DNA of 64,000 nt from Myxococcota bacterium (GCA_044344255.1 JBIJDH010000016.1:64001-128000), one strand, 5' to 3'. Positions 38,741 through 47,585 are shown, counted from the stretch's first letter. The notes: generated by a model not told the origin, from the sequence alone. Numbers and translations are program-made.

Positions 38741-39655
38741 ATGTCCATCTGGCTCCTCCTGGCCTGCGCAGGCTCCCCCGCCGAGCCCCCGGCGAGGGTG
38801 CCCGCCCCGGTCCCGGCCCCGGTCTCCGCCCCGGAGGCGCCTTCGGCCCCCTCGGCTGCGAAGGGCGGTCTCCCCGCTACGCAGCCCCTCGACGGCGTCT
38901 GCGAGGCCTCGGCCATCGTCTGGGACGGGGCCCGCTTCATCGTGGCCGACAACGAGCAGAAGAAGCGCCTCTTCACCTACGACGCTGCGCTCCAGCCGAC
39001 CGGCGACCTCCCGCTCAGCGAGAAGATCGAGGACATCGAGGCCCTCACCCTGCTGGCCGACGGATCCCTCCTCATCGTGGGCAGCCAGTCGAACAACAGC
39101 AAGGGCGTGAAGCAGCCGGAGCGGCAGCGCCTCGGCCAGTGGTCGGCGGGGCAGCTCCGCACCTGGAGCCCGGACTTCGGCGCCTGCGCTCCGTGTGAGG
39201 CCGCCCGCGCGAGCGCGCCCGAGGCCGGCGGGCTCAACGTCGAGGGGGCGGCCCGCCTCGGCGAGGTGGTCTGGCTCGGGCTCCGCTCGCCGCTGGTGGA
39301 TGGGAAGGCTCTGCTGCTGCGGATGTCCGCCGATCTGGGGCGGGCGGAGCAGGTGGTCCAGGTCGATCTCGGCGGCCGCGGCGTGCGGGACCTCATCGCC
39401 GTGGACAGCGGCCTGCTCGTCGTGGCCGGCCCGGCCGACGCGGCGGAGCAGGAGCACCGGCTGTTCACGTTCGATCCCCGGCAGGCCACGGGCGAGGCCC
39501 GCCTGCTCGAGCAGCGCCTGCCCCCCTCCACCGAGGGGCTCGTCCGCGGCGGCGACGGCCGGCTCGTCTTCCTCACCGACGGCGCCGAGGGGGAGCAGCC
39601 GAGCGGGCCCTGTCGACAGCCTTCCACCTGGGGCCATCTGCCGAACCTGCCTTGA
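38741..39655 (+). CDS. lipoprotein, DUF3616-like beta-propeller
   Basis: LLLAC lipobox; CEASA, VADNE, DIEA, GLNVEG, LGLRSP, LGGRGVRD. Confidence 0.7.
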   Translation: MSIWLLLACAGSPAEPPARVPAPVPAPVSAPEAPSAPSAAKGGLPATQPLDGVCEASAIVWDGARFIVADNEQKKRLFTYDAALQPTGDLPLSEKIEDIEALTLLADGSLLIVGSQSNNSKGVKQPERQRLGQWSAGQLRTWSPDFGACAPCEAARASAPEAGGLNVEGAARLGEVVWLGLRSPLVDGKALLLRMSADLGRAEQVVQVDLGGRGVRDLIAVDSGLLVVAGPADAAEQEHRLFTFDPRQATGEARLLEQRLPPSTEGLVRGGDGRLVFLTDGAEGEQPSGPCRQPSTWGHLPNLP

Positions 39656-39703
39656 TCTTCGGGCCCTTCTCCGATACCGTTGGGCCCAGTGAGGGGTGAA
39701 ACC

Positions 39704-40525
39704 ATGCCGCCAGGTCCCGGGCAGAGCCGCGCGCCGTCTACGAGTCAGCAGACCGCGCCGACAACGGGGACGCAGTCGGGGCCGAGCACCTCCACTGCGA
39801 CGAGCACCAGCCGGGCGCCCACCCTCGCCTCGAACGGTGACCGCGCCAGCCAGCTCGCCTCCGCGATCCCCACCGCCGAGCTCAGCCTCGACAGCATCGC
39901 CTCCACCTCGATCGGCCCGATCGACACCGGGGCCGCGGTCATCACGGGCTCGCTCAAGCTCGGCGGCAAGCTCACCGCCAAGCCTGCAGGCAGCACCAAC
40001 CCGGTCACCGTCTCCAGCGGCGGGGCCGAGGTCTCGGGGACGGCCACGGGGCCGGGCGGCACCAGCGTCGAGGGCAGCGCCAGCTCGAGCGGAGACATGT
40101 CCGCCAAGCTCTCCTCGACGCTCAACGGCATCACCAGCTCCACCGAGCTCAAGCTCGGCGATCCGCCCTCCGTCACCTTCGGAGCCGCCGGTGAGTTCGG
40201 CAGCGTGAAGACCACCCTCTCGGGCAACACGGTCACCTACACCTGCACCTCGAAGGCCATCCAGAAGACGATCAACGGCGTCGAGGTGAGCGGCACGCTC
40301 TCCTACACGCTCTCGCTCACGATCACGCCGAAGCCGCAGAACGCCCCATGGTACGTGCGGGCCTGGGACGCCGTCACCGAGGCCCTCTCCGACTTCGCCA
40401 ATTGGCTGGCCGACCACAAGACCGAGATCCTCGTCGGCACCGTGGTCGCCGTGGTCGTGGTCGGGGCGGTGGTGCTCACGGGGGGTGCGGCGGCGCCGGC
40501 CCTGGCCCCGGCCCTCGCGAGCTGA
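39704..40525 (+). CDS. hypothetical Ser/Thr/Gly-rich protein with hydrophobic C-terminal helix
   Basis: Strong GC3 bias; low-complexity N-terminus, beta-rich core, C-terminal ILVGTVVAVVVVGAVVLTGGAAAP. Confidence 0.7.
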   Translation: MPPGPGQSRAPSTSQQTAPTTGTQSGPSTSTATSTSRAPTLASNGDRASQLASAIPTAELSLDSIASTSIGPIDTGAAVITGSLKLGGKLTAKPAGSTNPVTVSSGGAEVSGTATGPGGTSVEGSASSSGDMSAKLSSTLNGITSSTELKLGDPPSVTFGAAGEFGSVKTTLSGNTVTYTCTSKAIQKTINGVEVSGTLSYTLSLTITPKPQNAPWYVRAWDAVTEALSDFANWLADHKTEILVGTVVAVVVVGAVVLTGGAAAPALAPALAS

Positions 40526-40932
40526 TGGCGGAGTCCCCGCGCCCCGGCCTCATCCGCGCCATCGGCCTCCTCGGCCCGGTGGTGATCGCGGCGCAGCTCT
40601 GGGCCTGCTCGGCCACCGCCGCCCTCCTCGAGGGCTTTCCGGGCGGAGACGCCCTCGCCGCGGCCACCGTCTGGCAGCCGGCCTGGCCGCACCTCGTCGG
40701 GGCCGCGCTGCTCACTGCGGCCTTGCTGCTCGGTCGCTCGGGCTCCTTCCCCTGGCTCGGGCTCCTTGGGCTGCCGCTCGTCGCGCAGGGCGCCTCTGGC
40801 CTGCTCTCGCGGGGTGAGGGGGTGACCGGGCCCGTGCTCTGGGCCGCCTGGTTGGCGGGCGGCGCGCGCCTCCTCTGGGGCCTCTGCCTGATCGGAGCGG
40901 CCTACCAGGCGCTCCGCGATCGTCCCCGTTGA
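40525..40932 (+). CDS. small multi-pass membrane protein
   Basis: TGATG 1-bp overlap with the upstream gene; about four hydrophobic segments. Confidence 0.6.
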   Translation: MAESPRPGLIRAIGLLGPVVIAAQLWACSATAALLEGFPGGDALAAATVWQPAWPHLVGAALLTAALLLGRSGSFPWLGLLGLPLVAQGASGLLSRGEGVTGPVLWAAWLAGGARLLWGLCLIGAAYQALRDRPR

Positions 40933-41711
40933 CGCCGGCAGACTGCCTCGCCGCCGGGCAGGCCGCCCTCCGCGCCCGCCGCCTCCCGAACGGGAGCTGG
41001 CCCTACCGCGAGGGGCAGCGGGGGCAGGTCGAGCCTACCCTCCTCGCCGCGGCCGCCGGGGAGCCCCTCGCCGAGGCCTGGCTGGCCGGACAGCGCCGCT
41101 CCTGGCCGATGTTGCTGCTCCCCGCGGTCGCCATGGCGCAGGCGCCTGCGCTCTCGGGCCCAGTGGTCGACTGGATCCTCTCAGCCACGAGCGAGATCGT
41201 GCCCGGCGTGGAGGACTTCGACGCCACCCTCCCCGGGTGGGGCTGGGTGGCCGACACCGCCCCCTGGGTCGAGCCCACCGCGGCCGCCGTGCTGAGCCTC
41301 GCGCGGGCGGGCGGGGCGGCGCTGCGGGTGGGGGAGGGGCGGGCGCTGCTGCGGGATCGCCAGTGTGCCGATGGCGGCTGGAATTACGGCAACCCGGCCG
41401 CCTTCGGCGTCCCCCTCGACAGCGAGCCCGGCTCGACCGCCTGGGCCTGCATGGCCCTCGGCGCCGACCCCGCCGCCGCCCTCGGGCGGGCCTGGCTCCG
41501 CGCGCAGGCGGATTGGCCGGGGAGCCGCGGTTCGGCCCTCGCGGCGCTGGCGCTGCTCGCCGCCGGGGAGGACGCCGCCGCCGCCCTCAACGCCCTCTGC
41601 GCGGCCTGGACCGCCCGCGGGCTCCCCGAGCGCAGCGACACGCTGGCCCTCGGCCTCGCCGCCCTGCTCACCGCGGAGGGGGCCCCCCATCCCTTCTTCA
41701 CCGCCCCCTGA
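40929..41711 (+). CDS. prenyltransferase/squalene oxidase (QW-type) repeat protein
   Basis: RLPNGSW, GWGWVADTAPWVEPT, RQCADGGWNYGN. Confidence 0.8.
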   Translation: MTPADCLAAGQAALRARRLPNGSWPYREGQRGQVEPTLLAAAAGEPLAEAWLAGQRRSWPMLLLPAVAMAQAPALSGPVVDWILSATSEIVPGVEDFDATLPGWGWVADTAPWVEPTAAAVLSLARAGGAALRVGEGRALLRDRQCADGGWNYGNPAAFGVPLDSEPGSTAWACMALGADPAAALGRAWLRAQADWPGSRGSALAALALLAAGEDAAAALNALCAAWTARGLPERSDTLALGLAALLTAEGAPHPFFTAP

Positions 41712-41751
41712 GGGCCGCGGCCCCTCGCGCCGCTGGCTGGGCAAGGTCGCC

Positions 41752-42690
41752 GTGGGGGCGGTCGGCGGCCTCGCCGTGGGCGGGCTCACGCTCGGAGCCC
41801 TCGAGCTGCGGCAGGCGCCAGCGCGGGTCGTGGCCCTCCGCGTCCGGGCCTACGACGATGAGCTGCACCTGCGGCTCGAGGAGGCGATCCGCGGCTTCCC
41901 GCGAGCCCTCGCGAAGCTCCGCGGCGGCCGGGTGCTGCTCAAGCCGAACCTCGTCGAGTTCCGCTCCACTCACCCCGTGAACACCGAGCCCGCCTTCGTC
42001 GTCGCCGCCGCGGAGGCCATGCGGCGCCTGGGCGCCCGCGAGGTGGTGGTGGGGGAGGGCCCCGGCCATGTGCGGGACACCGAGGCCCTGCTCGAGCTCT
42101 CCGGCCTCGGCGTCGCGCTCCGGGAGGCGCGCACCCCCTTCATCGACCTCAACCTCGACGAGGTGGTCGACGTCGCCCTGCCGCTCGGGCTCACCCGCCG
42201 GCGCACCCTGCCGGTCGCCCGGAGCGTCGCCGCCGCCGATCTCGTGGTCTCGCTGCCCCGCATGAAGACCCACCACCTCTGCGGGGTGACGCTCTCGCTC
42301 AAGAACATGCTGGGCGTGGTGCCGGGGGTGGAGGTGGGCTGGCCCAAGAACCCGCTGCACTGGCTCGGCATCGAGGCCTGCGTCACCGAGCTGTGGGCGG
42401 CCCTCCGCCCCGGCCTCGCGCTCGTAGACGGGCGGGTCGGGATGGAGGGCGACGGCCCGATCCTCGGAGCGCCGATCGAGCACGGCCTCGTGCTCGTCAG
42501 CGACGATCTGCCGGCCATCGACGCCTTCGCCGCGCGCTGCATGGGGATCGATCCCCGGCGGGTGGGCCACCTCGTCCAAGTGACGAAGGCGGGCGGCACC
42601 ACGTCGCGCTATCGGATCGAGGCCGCAGGCGACGACGCGCCCCGGCTGGCCTATGCTCTGCCCTCCCACCTCTCCCTGCTCGCAGGTTGA
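41752..42690 (+). CDS. DUF362 domain protein
   Basis: VLLKPNLV, VNTEP, VGEGPG, PRMKTHH..VTLSLKN, GMEGDGP; start codon uncertain. Confidence 0.85.
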   Translation: MGAVGGLAVGGLTLGALELRQAPARVVALRVRAYDDELHLRLEEAIRGFPRALAKLRGGRVLLKPNLVEFRSTHPVNTEPAFVVAAAEAMRRLGAREVVVGEGPGHVRDTEALLELSGLGVALREARTPFIDLNLDEVVDVALPLGLTRRRTLPVARSVAAADLVVSLPRMKTHHLCGVTLSLKNMLGVVPGVEVGWPKNPLHWLGIEACVTELWAALRPGLALVDGRVGMEGDGPILGAPIEHGLVLVSDDLPAIDAFAARCMGIDPRRVGHLVQVTKAGGTTSRYRIEAAGDDAPRLAYALPSHLSLLAG

Positions 42691-42693
42691 CCC

Positions 42694-43215
42694 GTGCGCG
42701 CGGTCCCGGTCCTCACCCGCATCCTCCTCGTCGCCTTGCTCTCCGCTTCGGCGATGGCGAAGCTGCTGGAGTTCCCGCCGCTGGTCGCCCTCTTCGGCCT
42801 CGCCGGCCTCTCGGGGGCGGTGGTGCTGGTGAGCGGCTTGTTGCAGGTGCTGGCGGTGGGGATGTTGATCCCCGATCGAACCGTCCGCCTCGGCGCCGCC
42901 CTCGGCGCGGCCCTCTGCGGGCTGGGGGCGCGCGTGGCGGTCGCGTCCCCCGAGGGGCTGCTGGGCGGGGTCGTGCAGGTGGGAGGGGTCGGGCTGGCGC
43001 TGCTGATCATCGCCTGGCCCGCTCCGGGGCCCCGGCCTGCGCCCCCCGAGCCGCCGCGCGTCCCGATTGACCCCCAGGCCCTCCAAGGCCAGGTCACGCT
43101 GCGGCGGGGGCGACAGGGGACCGACGCCTCCCCGCCGACCCCCTGGGGGGCGAGCATGGCCCGCTCTGTGGACAGGGATAGAGACCCCGAAGACGAAGGC
43201 GAGGGAGAGCGCTGA
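42694..43215 (+). CDS. hypothetical membrane protein (DoxX-like N-terminus)
   Basis: Four hydrophobic segments; RILLVALLSASAMAKL. Confidence 0.55.
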   Translation: MRAVPVLTRILLVALLSASAMAKLLEFPPLVALFGLAGLSGAVVLVSGLLQVLAVGMLIPDRTVRLGAALGAALCGLGARVAVASPEGLLGGVVQVGGVGLALLIIAWPAPGPRPAPPEPPRVPIDPQALQGQVTLRRGRQGTDASPPTPWGASMARSVDRDRDPEDEGEGER

Positions 43216-43851
43216 GTGACCCACCCGATTGACGCCCAGGGCCTGAGCGGCCCCGATGCCTATCGCCTCCTCATCTCGCTCATCGCGCCGCGGCCGATCG
43301 CCTGGGTGGGTACGCGCTCCGCAGCCGGGCAGGACAACCTCGCCCCTTTCTCCTTCTTCATGGGGGTGACCGGCCGACCGCCCACCCTCGCCCTCTCGGT
43401 GGCGCGGGGGCGACAGGGCGGCCTCAAGGACACCGCGCGTAACATCCTCGAGACAGGCGTCTTCACCGTCTCGACGGTCCCCTATTCGATGCGGGAGGCG
43501 ATGAACCAGAGCTCGGCGCCCTATCCGCCCGAGGTCAGTGAGCTCGAGGCCGCGGGGCTGGGCGTGATCGAGGGGGTCCGGGTGAACGCGCCCCGGCCCG
43601 CGGGGGCGCCGACCGTGATGGAGTGCCGCCTCGTGCACAGCCACGACCTCGGCTCGGCCCACCTCCTCGTCGGTGAGGTGCTCGTCTTTCACATCGAGGA
43701 GCGCGTCCTCCGCGTGGGAGAGGGCGGTCCCACCGTAGACACCCTCGGCCTCGACCTCATCAGCCGCCTCGGCGGCCCCGACTACACCCGAGTGACCGAG
43801 GCCTTCACCCTGCCGAGCCCGCAGGTCACTCCCCCCAAGACCGGCGGATGA
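43216..43851 (+). CDS. flavin reductase family protein (DIM6/NTAB)
   Basis: PRPIAWVGT, NLAPFSFF, KDTARNI, MECR, RLGG. Confidence 0.92.
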   Translation: MTHPIDAQGLSGPDAYRLLISLIAPRPIAWVGTRSAAGQDNLAPFSFFMGVTGRPPTLALSVARGRQGGLKDTARNILETGVFTVSTVPYSMREAMNQSSAPYPPEVSELEAAGLGVIEGVRVNAPRPAGAPTVMECRLVHSHDLGSAHLLVGEVLVFHIEERVLRVGEGGPTVDTLGLDLISRLGGPDYTRVTEAFTLPSPQVTPPKTGG

Positions 43852-44639
43852 GGGCCCCCACGCGCGTCGCCCTGTCGGCGCTGCTGCTCGGCGCCTGCGG
43901 CCCCCGCACCGACGCCGAGCGGTACCGCGCCGCCCTCGTCGAGGCCGACGCCTATGCGCCCGCCGCGGACCTGTGCGGCGCCATCGGCGACCGGGGCGCG
44001 CGCGGCGACTGCCTCATCGCCGTGATGGAGCGCTTCCAGCGCCTCGAGGTCGCCGACTGCGACGCCATCCGCGACGGCCTCTGGCACGACGAGTGTGTCT
44101 TCGCCCTCGCCGAGCGCGCTCGCGCCCACGGCGACCTCGACCGCGGCCTCGAGCTCTGCCTCCAGGGCCGCTTCGCCCGCTCCTGCTCCTGGCACCTCCT
44201 CCAGGACGAGGTGGAGGCCTCCCTCGAAGACCCGCCGAAGGCCGCAGAGCTCCGTATCGCCTCCTTCGCGCACGCCCGCCGCATCCCCGACGCCGCCGTC
44301 CAGTTCTGGATGATCCGCTTCCGCGAGCGGTCCGCCGCCGGCCACCCCCTGGACGAGGTGGACTGCGAGGGCCTGAAGGACAGCCGGAGCTGCGAGGCCG
44401 CCGTCATCGGCTACGTGCGCCAGATCCTCGACGCCGTCGGCAACGCCAACCGCGAGCAGACCTGCAACGCCGCCCGCGGCGAGCGGGTGAAGGTGGGGCA
44501 GGCCCCCGCCTGGGCATCGGGTCCGGTCGCGCTGCGCGCCGAGGACGACTGGGTGCGCATGCGCTGCGCCGAGGGGGCCAAGCGCCTGCCCGGGGACGAG
44601 CCGCCGATGCCGCCGCCGCGCAGGCCACAGGGCGGCTGA
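43848..44639 (+). CDS. Cys-rich hypothetical lipoprotein
   Basis: LGAC lipobox; repeated C-x(7-9)-C helical units. Confidence 0.7.
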   Translation: MRAPTRVALSALLLGACGPRTDAERYRAALVEADAYAPAADLCGAIGDRGARGDCLIAVMERFQRLEVADCDAIRDGLWHDECVFALAERARAHGDLDRGLELCLQGRFARSCSWHLLQDEVEASLEDPPKAAELRIASFAHARRIPDAAVQFWMIRFRERSAAGHPLDEVDCEGLKDSRSCEAAVIGYVRQILDAVGNANREQTCNAARGERVKVGQAPAWASGPVALRAEDDWVRMRCAEGAKRLPGDEPPMPPPRRPQGG

Positions 44640-44685
44640 GGCGGGCCGCCGAGTCCGGCCTGGGTGGCGCGCGGCGCGCCCTCGA

Positions 44686-45141
44686 TCAGGCCCGCCGATA
44701 CCGGGTCGTCATGAAGTGGCTCCAGGAGCCGTCCGCGCCCTGGACGAAGGCGCGGAGGGTCCGCTCGTCGTCGCTCAAGTGCTCAATCTCGTCGCGGTAC
44801 AAGGACAGGGTGCCGTCCCCGGAGAAGCTCGGCCCGGTGGCATAGAGGCGGAGCAGGTCGCCCTCCCGCTCCCCGTCGTAGACCCACTGGTGCGTCATCA
44901 TCGTGCCGATCCAGGTGCCGACGAAGCGCCCCGTGCGGGTGTCAAAGCCGAGCGTCATCAGCGTGACGCCGTACGCACCTTGACCGGCACCCTGCACCCA
45001 GATCTCGCCGATGCCCCGAACGGTCTCCGTGCCAGACATCGGCGGGTGGTCCTCGTGGCCGGGCACGGGCTCGGAGGCCCAGGTCCAATCGCCGAGGAGG
45101 CGGGCGAGCCAGCGGTGTTCAGAGGTCGGGTTCACGGTCAT
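44686..45141 (-). CDS. DUF1579 domain protein
   Basis: PTSEHRWLARLLGDW, LGFD...RFVGTWI, GPSF. Confidence 0.85.
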   Translation of the reverse strand: MTVNPTSEHRWLARLLGDWTWASEPVPGHEDHPPMSGTETVRGIGEIWVQGAGQGAYGVTLMTLGFDTRTGRFVGTWIGTMMTHQWVYDGEREGDLLRLYATGPSFSGDGTLSLYRDEIEHLSDDERTLRAFVQGADGSWSHFMTTRYRRA

Positions 45142-45284
45142 GGTGCGGCGCTCGGGGTGGAGGGTGTGGGCGGTGGATTATCCTGCTCGATCGGGCCGGC
45201 CAGCGAGCCGGGCGCGCGCGCTTCGGTGGGGGCGGAGCTCGGTGGGAGTGAGGTGGGCGGGGGATGGGCTCCGCGGGTGTCAGG

Positions 45285-45313
45285 GTGTTCTCCGCTCAGG
45301 CGGGGATGTTCCA
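45285..45313 (+). repeat. solitary type I-E CRISPR-repeat-like unit (no array)
   Basis: GTGTTCTCCGCTCAGGCGGGGATGTTCCA; 7-bp stem TCTCCGC/GCGGGGA with 4-nt loop, same layout as the E. coli I-E repeat GTGTTCCCCGCGCCAGCGGGGATAAACCG. Confidence 0.6.
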
Positions 45314-45409
45314 GACGTAGCTTGGTTGGACTGCGCCATCATCGGCGCCGCCTTTGCAAGACACCGAACAGAAGCGCTGTCCTGACCGACGGACTACTCG
45401 CCCGGGGGG

Positions 45410-45450
45410 CATCGGGCGGAGTTCGGGCTTTCAGCCGACAGCGCCCGATG
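45410..45450. other. intergenic stem-loop
   Basis: Perfect 9-bp inverted repeat CATCGGGCG/CGCCCGATG enclosing an inner TCGG(G)CT-TTC-AGCCGA hairpin. Confidence 0.55.
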
Positions 45451-45741
45451 GACCCGGACGCACGCTGTCCTCGTGGTGCCGGTGGACGCCATTGCAGCTC
45501 TCGACCAATTCGAAGCAGCGGAGATCTTCGCCGCCTGCGCTGTGGAGCCGATCGACGGCTGCGCGGTGGACACTTCAGTGCCTGGTGCCGCGCCGCGGCC
45601 TTCTGAACACGGCGAAATTGCACTGACCTCCTCTACCTCCGCGCGTCCGCGTGAGCCGGGCTCCATGAATTCAGCCGAACCTGTCGCAGGCTGCTCGGGT
45701 CAAGACCTCGACGTGGTGGTCGTGGACTTGCGGAGGGGCAC

Positions 45742-46482
45742 CTACTTCCCGAGCCCGTTCTTCCACGCAAGGACGAACTTGATCATCTCGGGGGTCGCGC
45801 GGTCGATCGCCTCAACGACGGGCGCGTTCTTATCCGAGATCCCGCTCCACTCCTCCCGTGTATGGTTGAAGATGGCGTGGTTGGCGAAGGCGAAGTTCGC
45901 TAATCGAAGATAGTTTATTAACTTCCTGAGCTCGTCGGGCGCCCCTGTCAGGGCCGGGAGCAGTGGCACCAGCATCTTCGTGATCGACCTCCGTGCGTTC
46001 ACCGGGGACCCGAAGACGTCACGGACTGACTCGATCCGTGCGAAGAACTGCGAGGCGATCGTCATTGACCCCGCCTTGCACCCGACGAGCACTACGGTGC
46101 GGGGCTGGAAGCGGGCCACGAGTTTGGGGAACTCTGACCACGAAATGGCCTTGTCGGACCCTACGCGGATCACCTCTTCGTTCGAGTGCGCGATGATGAT
46201 GATCGTTGAGAACGGCCGGTCAAGTGCGCCGAGCTGCGCTTCAAGATCCGCAATCGTCGTCGCCTCCACACTTCTTACTTCTGCGCTGCCCGCGAGCGTC
46301 AGCTTCGACGTCAACGCGAGAGTGCCCGCCGTCGCCAGCCCATCCTTCCGGAGCTTCTCGGTGTCGCACTGGATGATCAACAGCGCGGGGCGTTGAACTT
46401 CCGCGGACTCCTCCGCGCTGGAGGGATGAAGATCACCGCTGCTGCGCCGCGGCTGCGAGGAGCTCAATGTAGACCTGAACAT
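45742..46482 (-). CDS. hypothetical protein with caspase/CHAT-like His-Cys dyad
   Basis: Hydrophobic strand then IAHSN; later VVLVGCKAG; atypical codon usage; start uncertain. Confidence 0.55.
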   Translation of the reverse strand: MFRSTLSSSQPRRSSGDLHPSSAEESAEVQRPALLIIQCDTEKLRKDGLATAGTLALTSKLTLAGSAEVRSVEATTIADLEAQLGALDRPFSTIIIIAHSNEEVIRVGSDKAISWSEFPKLVARFQPRTVVLVGCKAGSMTIASQFFARIESVRDVFGSPVNARRSITKMLVPLLPALTGAPDELRKLINYLRLANFAFANHAIFNHTREEWSGISDKNAPVVEAIDRATPEMIKFVLAWKNGLGK

Positions 46483-46551
46483 GACCGACTCCGGTTTGAC
46501 TTGCCCTCAGTAGGATCCGGTCGCAGGACGGCAAGGGGGCTGAGGAGAGAG

Positions 46552-46568
46552 CGGTCACTTTTTGACCG
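46552..46568. promoter_or_regulatory. palindromic operator-like site between divergent genes
   Basis: CGGTCA-CTTTT-TGACCG. Confidence 0.45.
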
Positions 46569-46628
46569 ACCTTCGGAAATGGCCTGACGATACCGGTCGA
46601 CCTGAATAGGGTGGCGTCGGAGGTCACG

Positions 46629-47585
46629 ATGGCCATAGTCGATCTTTTCTCGAAGAAGATGAAGCGCCTGAGGGGCGAAATCCCCGACGTCTACCGGTAC
46701 GACGATCTTCCCCCTGAGCTTAGAGTTCAGATCATCCACATCTGGCGGGCGACGCTCGGGCACCACGTTGAGGCAACCCAAAGTGGCGAGTACTCATCAA
46801 CCACGTGCTGGCAGTTCGTGGTAGAGGCGCTACGGAGGGAGCGCGGTACGTTCCAGCTCATTAAGGAGCGAAGGTACAACACGCATGATGAAAACGAAGT
46901 CGCTCAATACTTTCTGGAGGAGGTGGATGTTGAGAAGGCTCTGGATGTGATTGGTATCGTATTTGGTGTCATTTTGGAATCTGCCAATAGATTGAATAGC
47001 GTACAGTATTATGAACGTCGTGGCGAGTTGAAGCAGAAGCCCGATGACGCTGTCACTGAGCTCAACGCCAGATTCAAGGAACACGGTGTCGGCTACCAGC
47101 TCGAGAACGGTCAGATCGTCCGCGTGGACTCTCAGCTCCTCCACGCAAATGTCGTCAAGCCCGCCCTCGCCCTGCTAAGCGACCCGTCGTTCGCGGGCCC
47201 GAACGACGAATTTCTGGGTGCGTACGACCATCACAGACACGGCCGGCAAGAGGAGTGCCTCGTGGATTGCCTGAAGGCGTTCGAGTCCACAATGAAGGTC
47301 ATCTGCGACCAGCGAGGATGGACCTATGACAAGAACAGGGACACGGTCTCGAAGCTAATCGAGATCGTCTTCAACGGAGGACTCATCGCCCCCCACGTCC
47401 AGAGCGAATTTACGGCCCTTCGGGGCATTCTGGAGAGCGGTTTGCCTCCTACACGGAATCGGAACGCGGGGCACGGACAGGGGGCGACGGTGCGGACGGT
47501 GCCGGCCCACATAGCGACCTACGCCCTCCACACGACGGCGGCGAATATCCTCTTTCTCGTGGAGTCGCACAAGGCGATGCCGTAG
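46629..47585 (+). CDS. AbiJ-like abortive infection protein (STM4504/CBY_0614-type N-terminus plus C-terminal HEPN)
   Basis: DLFSKK...DVYRYDDLPPELRVQIIHIW; ELNARFKEHGVGY; KAFESTMKVIC; HEPN-like RNRNAGHG; GGAGG RBS; AT-richer codons. Confidence 0.85.
   Translation: MAIVDLFSKKMKRLRGEIPDVYRYDDLPPELRVQIIHIWRATLGHHVEATQSGEYSSTTCWQFVVEALRRERGTFQLIKERRYNTHDENEVAQYFLEEVDVEKALDVIGIVFGVILESANRLNSVQYYERRGELKQKPDDAVTELNARFKEHGVGYQLENGQIVRVDSQLLHANVVKPALALLSDPSFAGPNDEFLGAYDHHRHGRQEECLVDCLKAFESTMKVICDQRGWTYDKNRDTVSKLIEIVFNGGLIAPHVQSEFTALRGILESGLPPTRNRNAGHGQGATVRTVPAHIATYALHTTAANILFLVESHKAMP

Noticed and set aside
45220..45400. A full CRISPR array around the I-E-like repeat
   Set aside because: No second repeat at ~61-bp spacing on either side; nearby GGCGGGGGATG and GCCGCCTTTGC are too weak and wrongly spaced
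45603..45615. 13-bp match (CTGAACACGGCGA) to the tandem repeat at 33277, as a possible att site
   Set aside because: Matches of this length are expected by chance in 64 kb of GC-rich DNA; no integrase or tRNA is associated
45339..45913. Small ORFs in the intergenic stretch (45339-45623, 45354-45626, 45394-45666, 45473-45913)
   Set aside because: No motifs, no consistent codon bias, mutually overlapping
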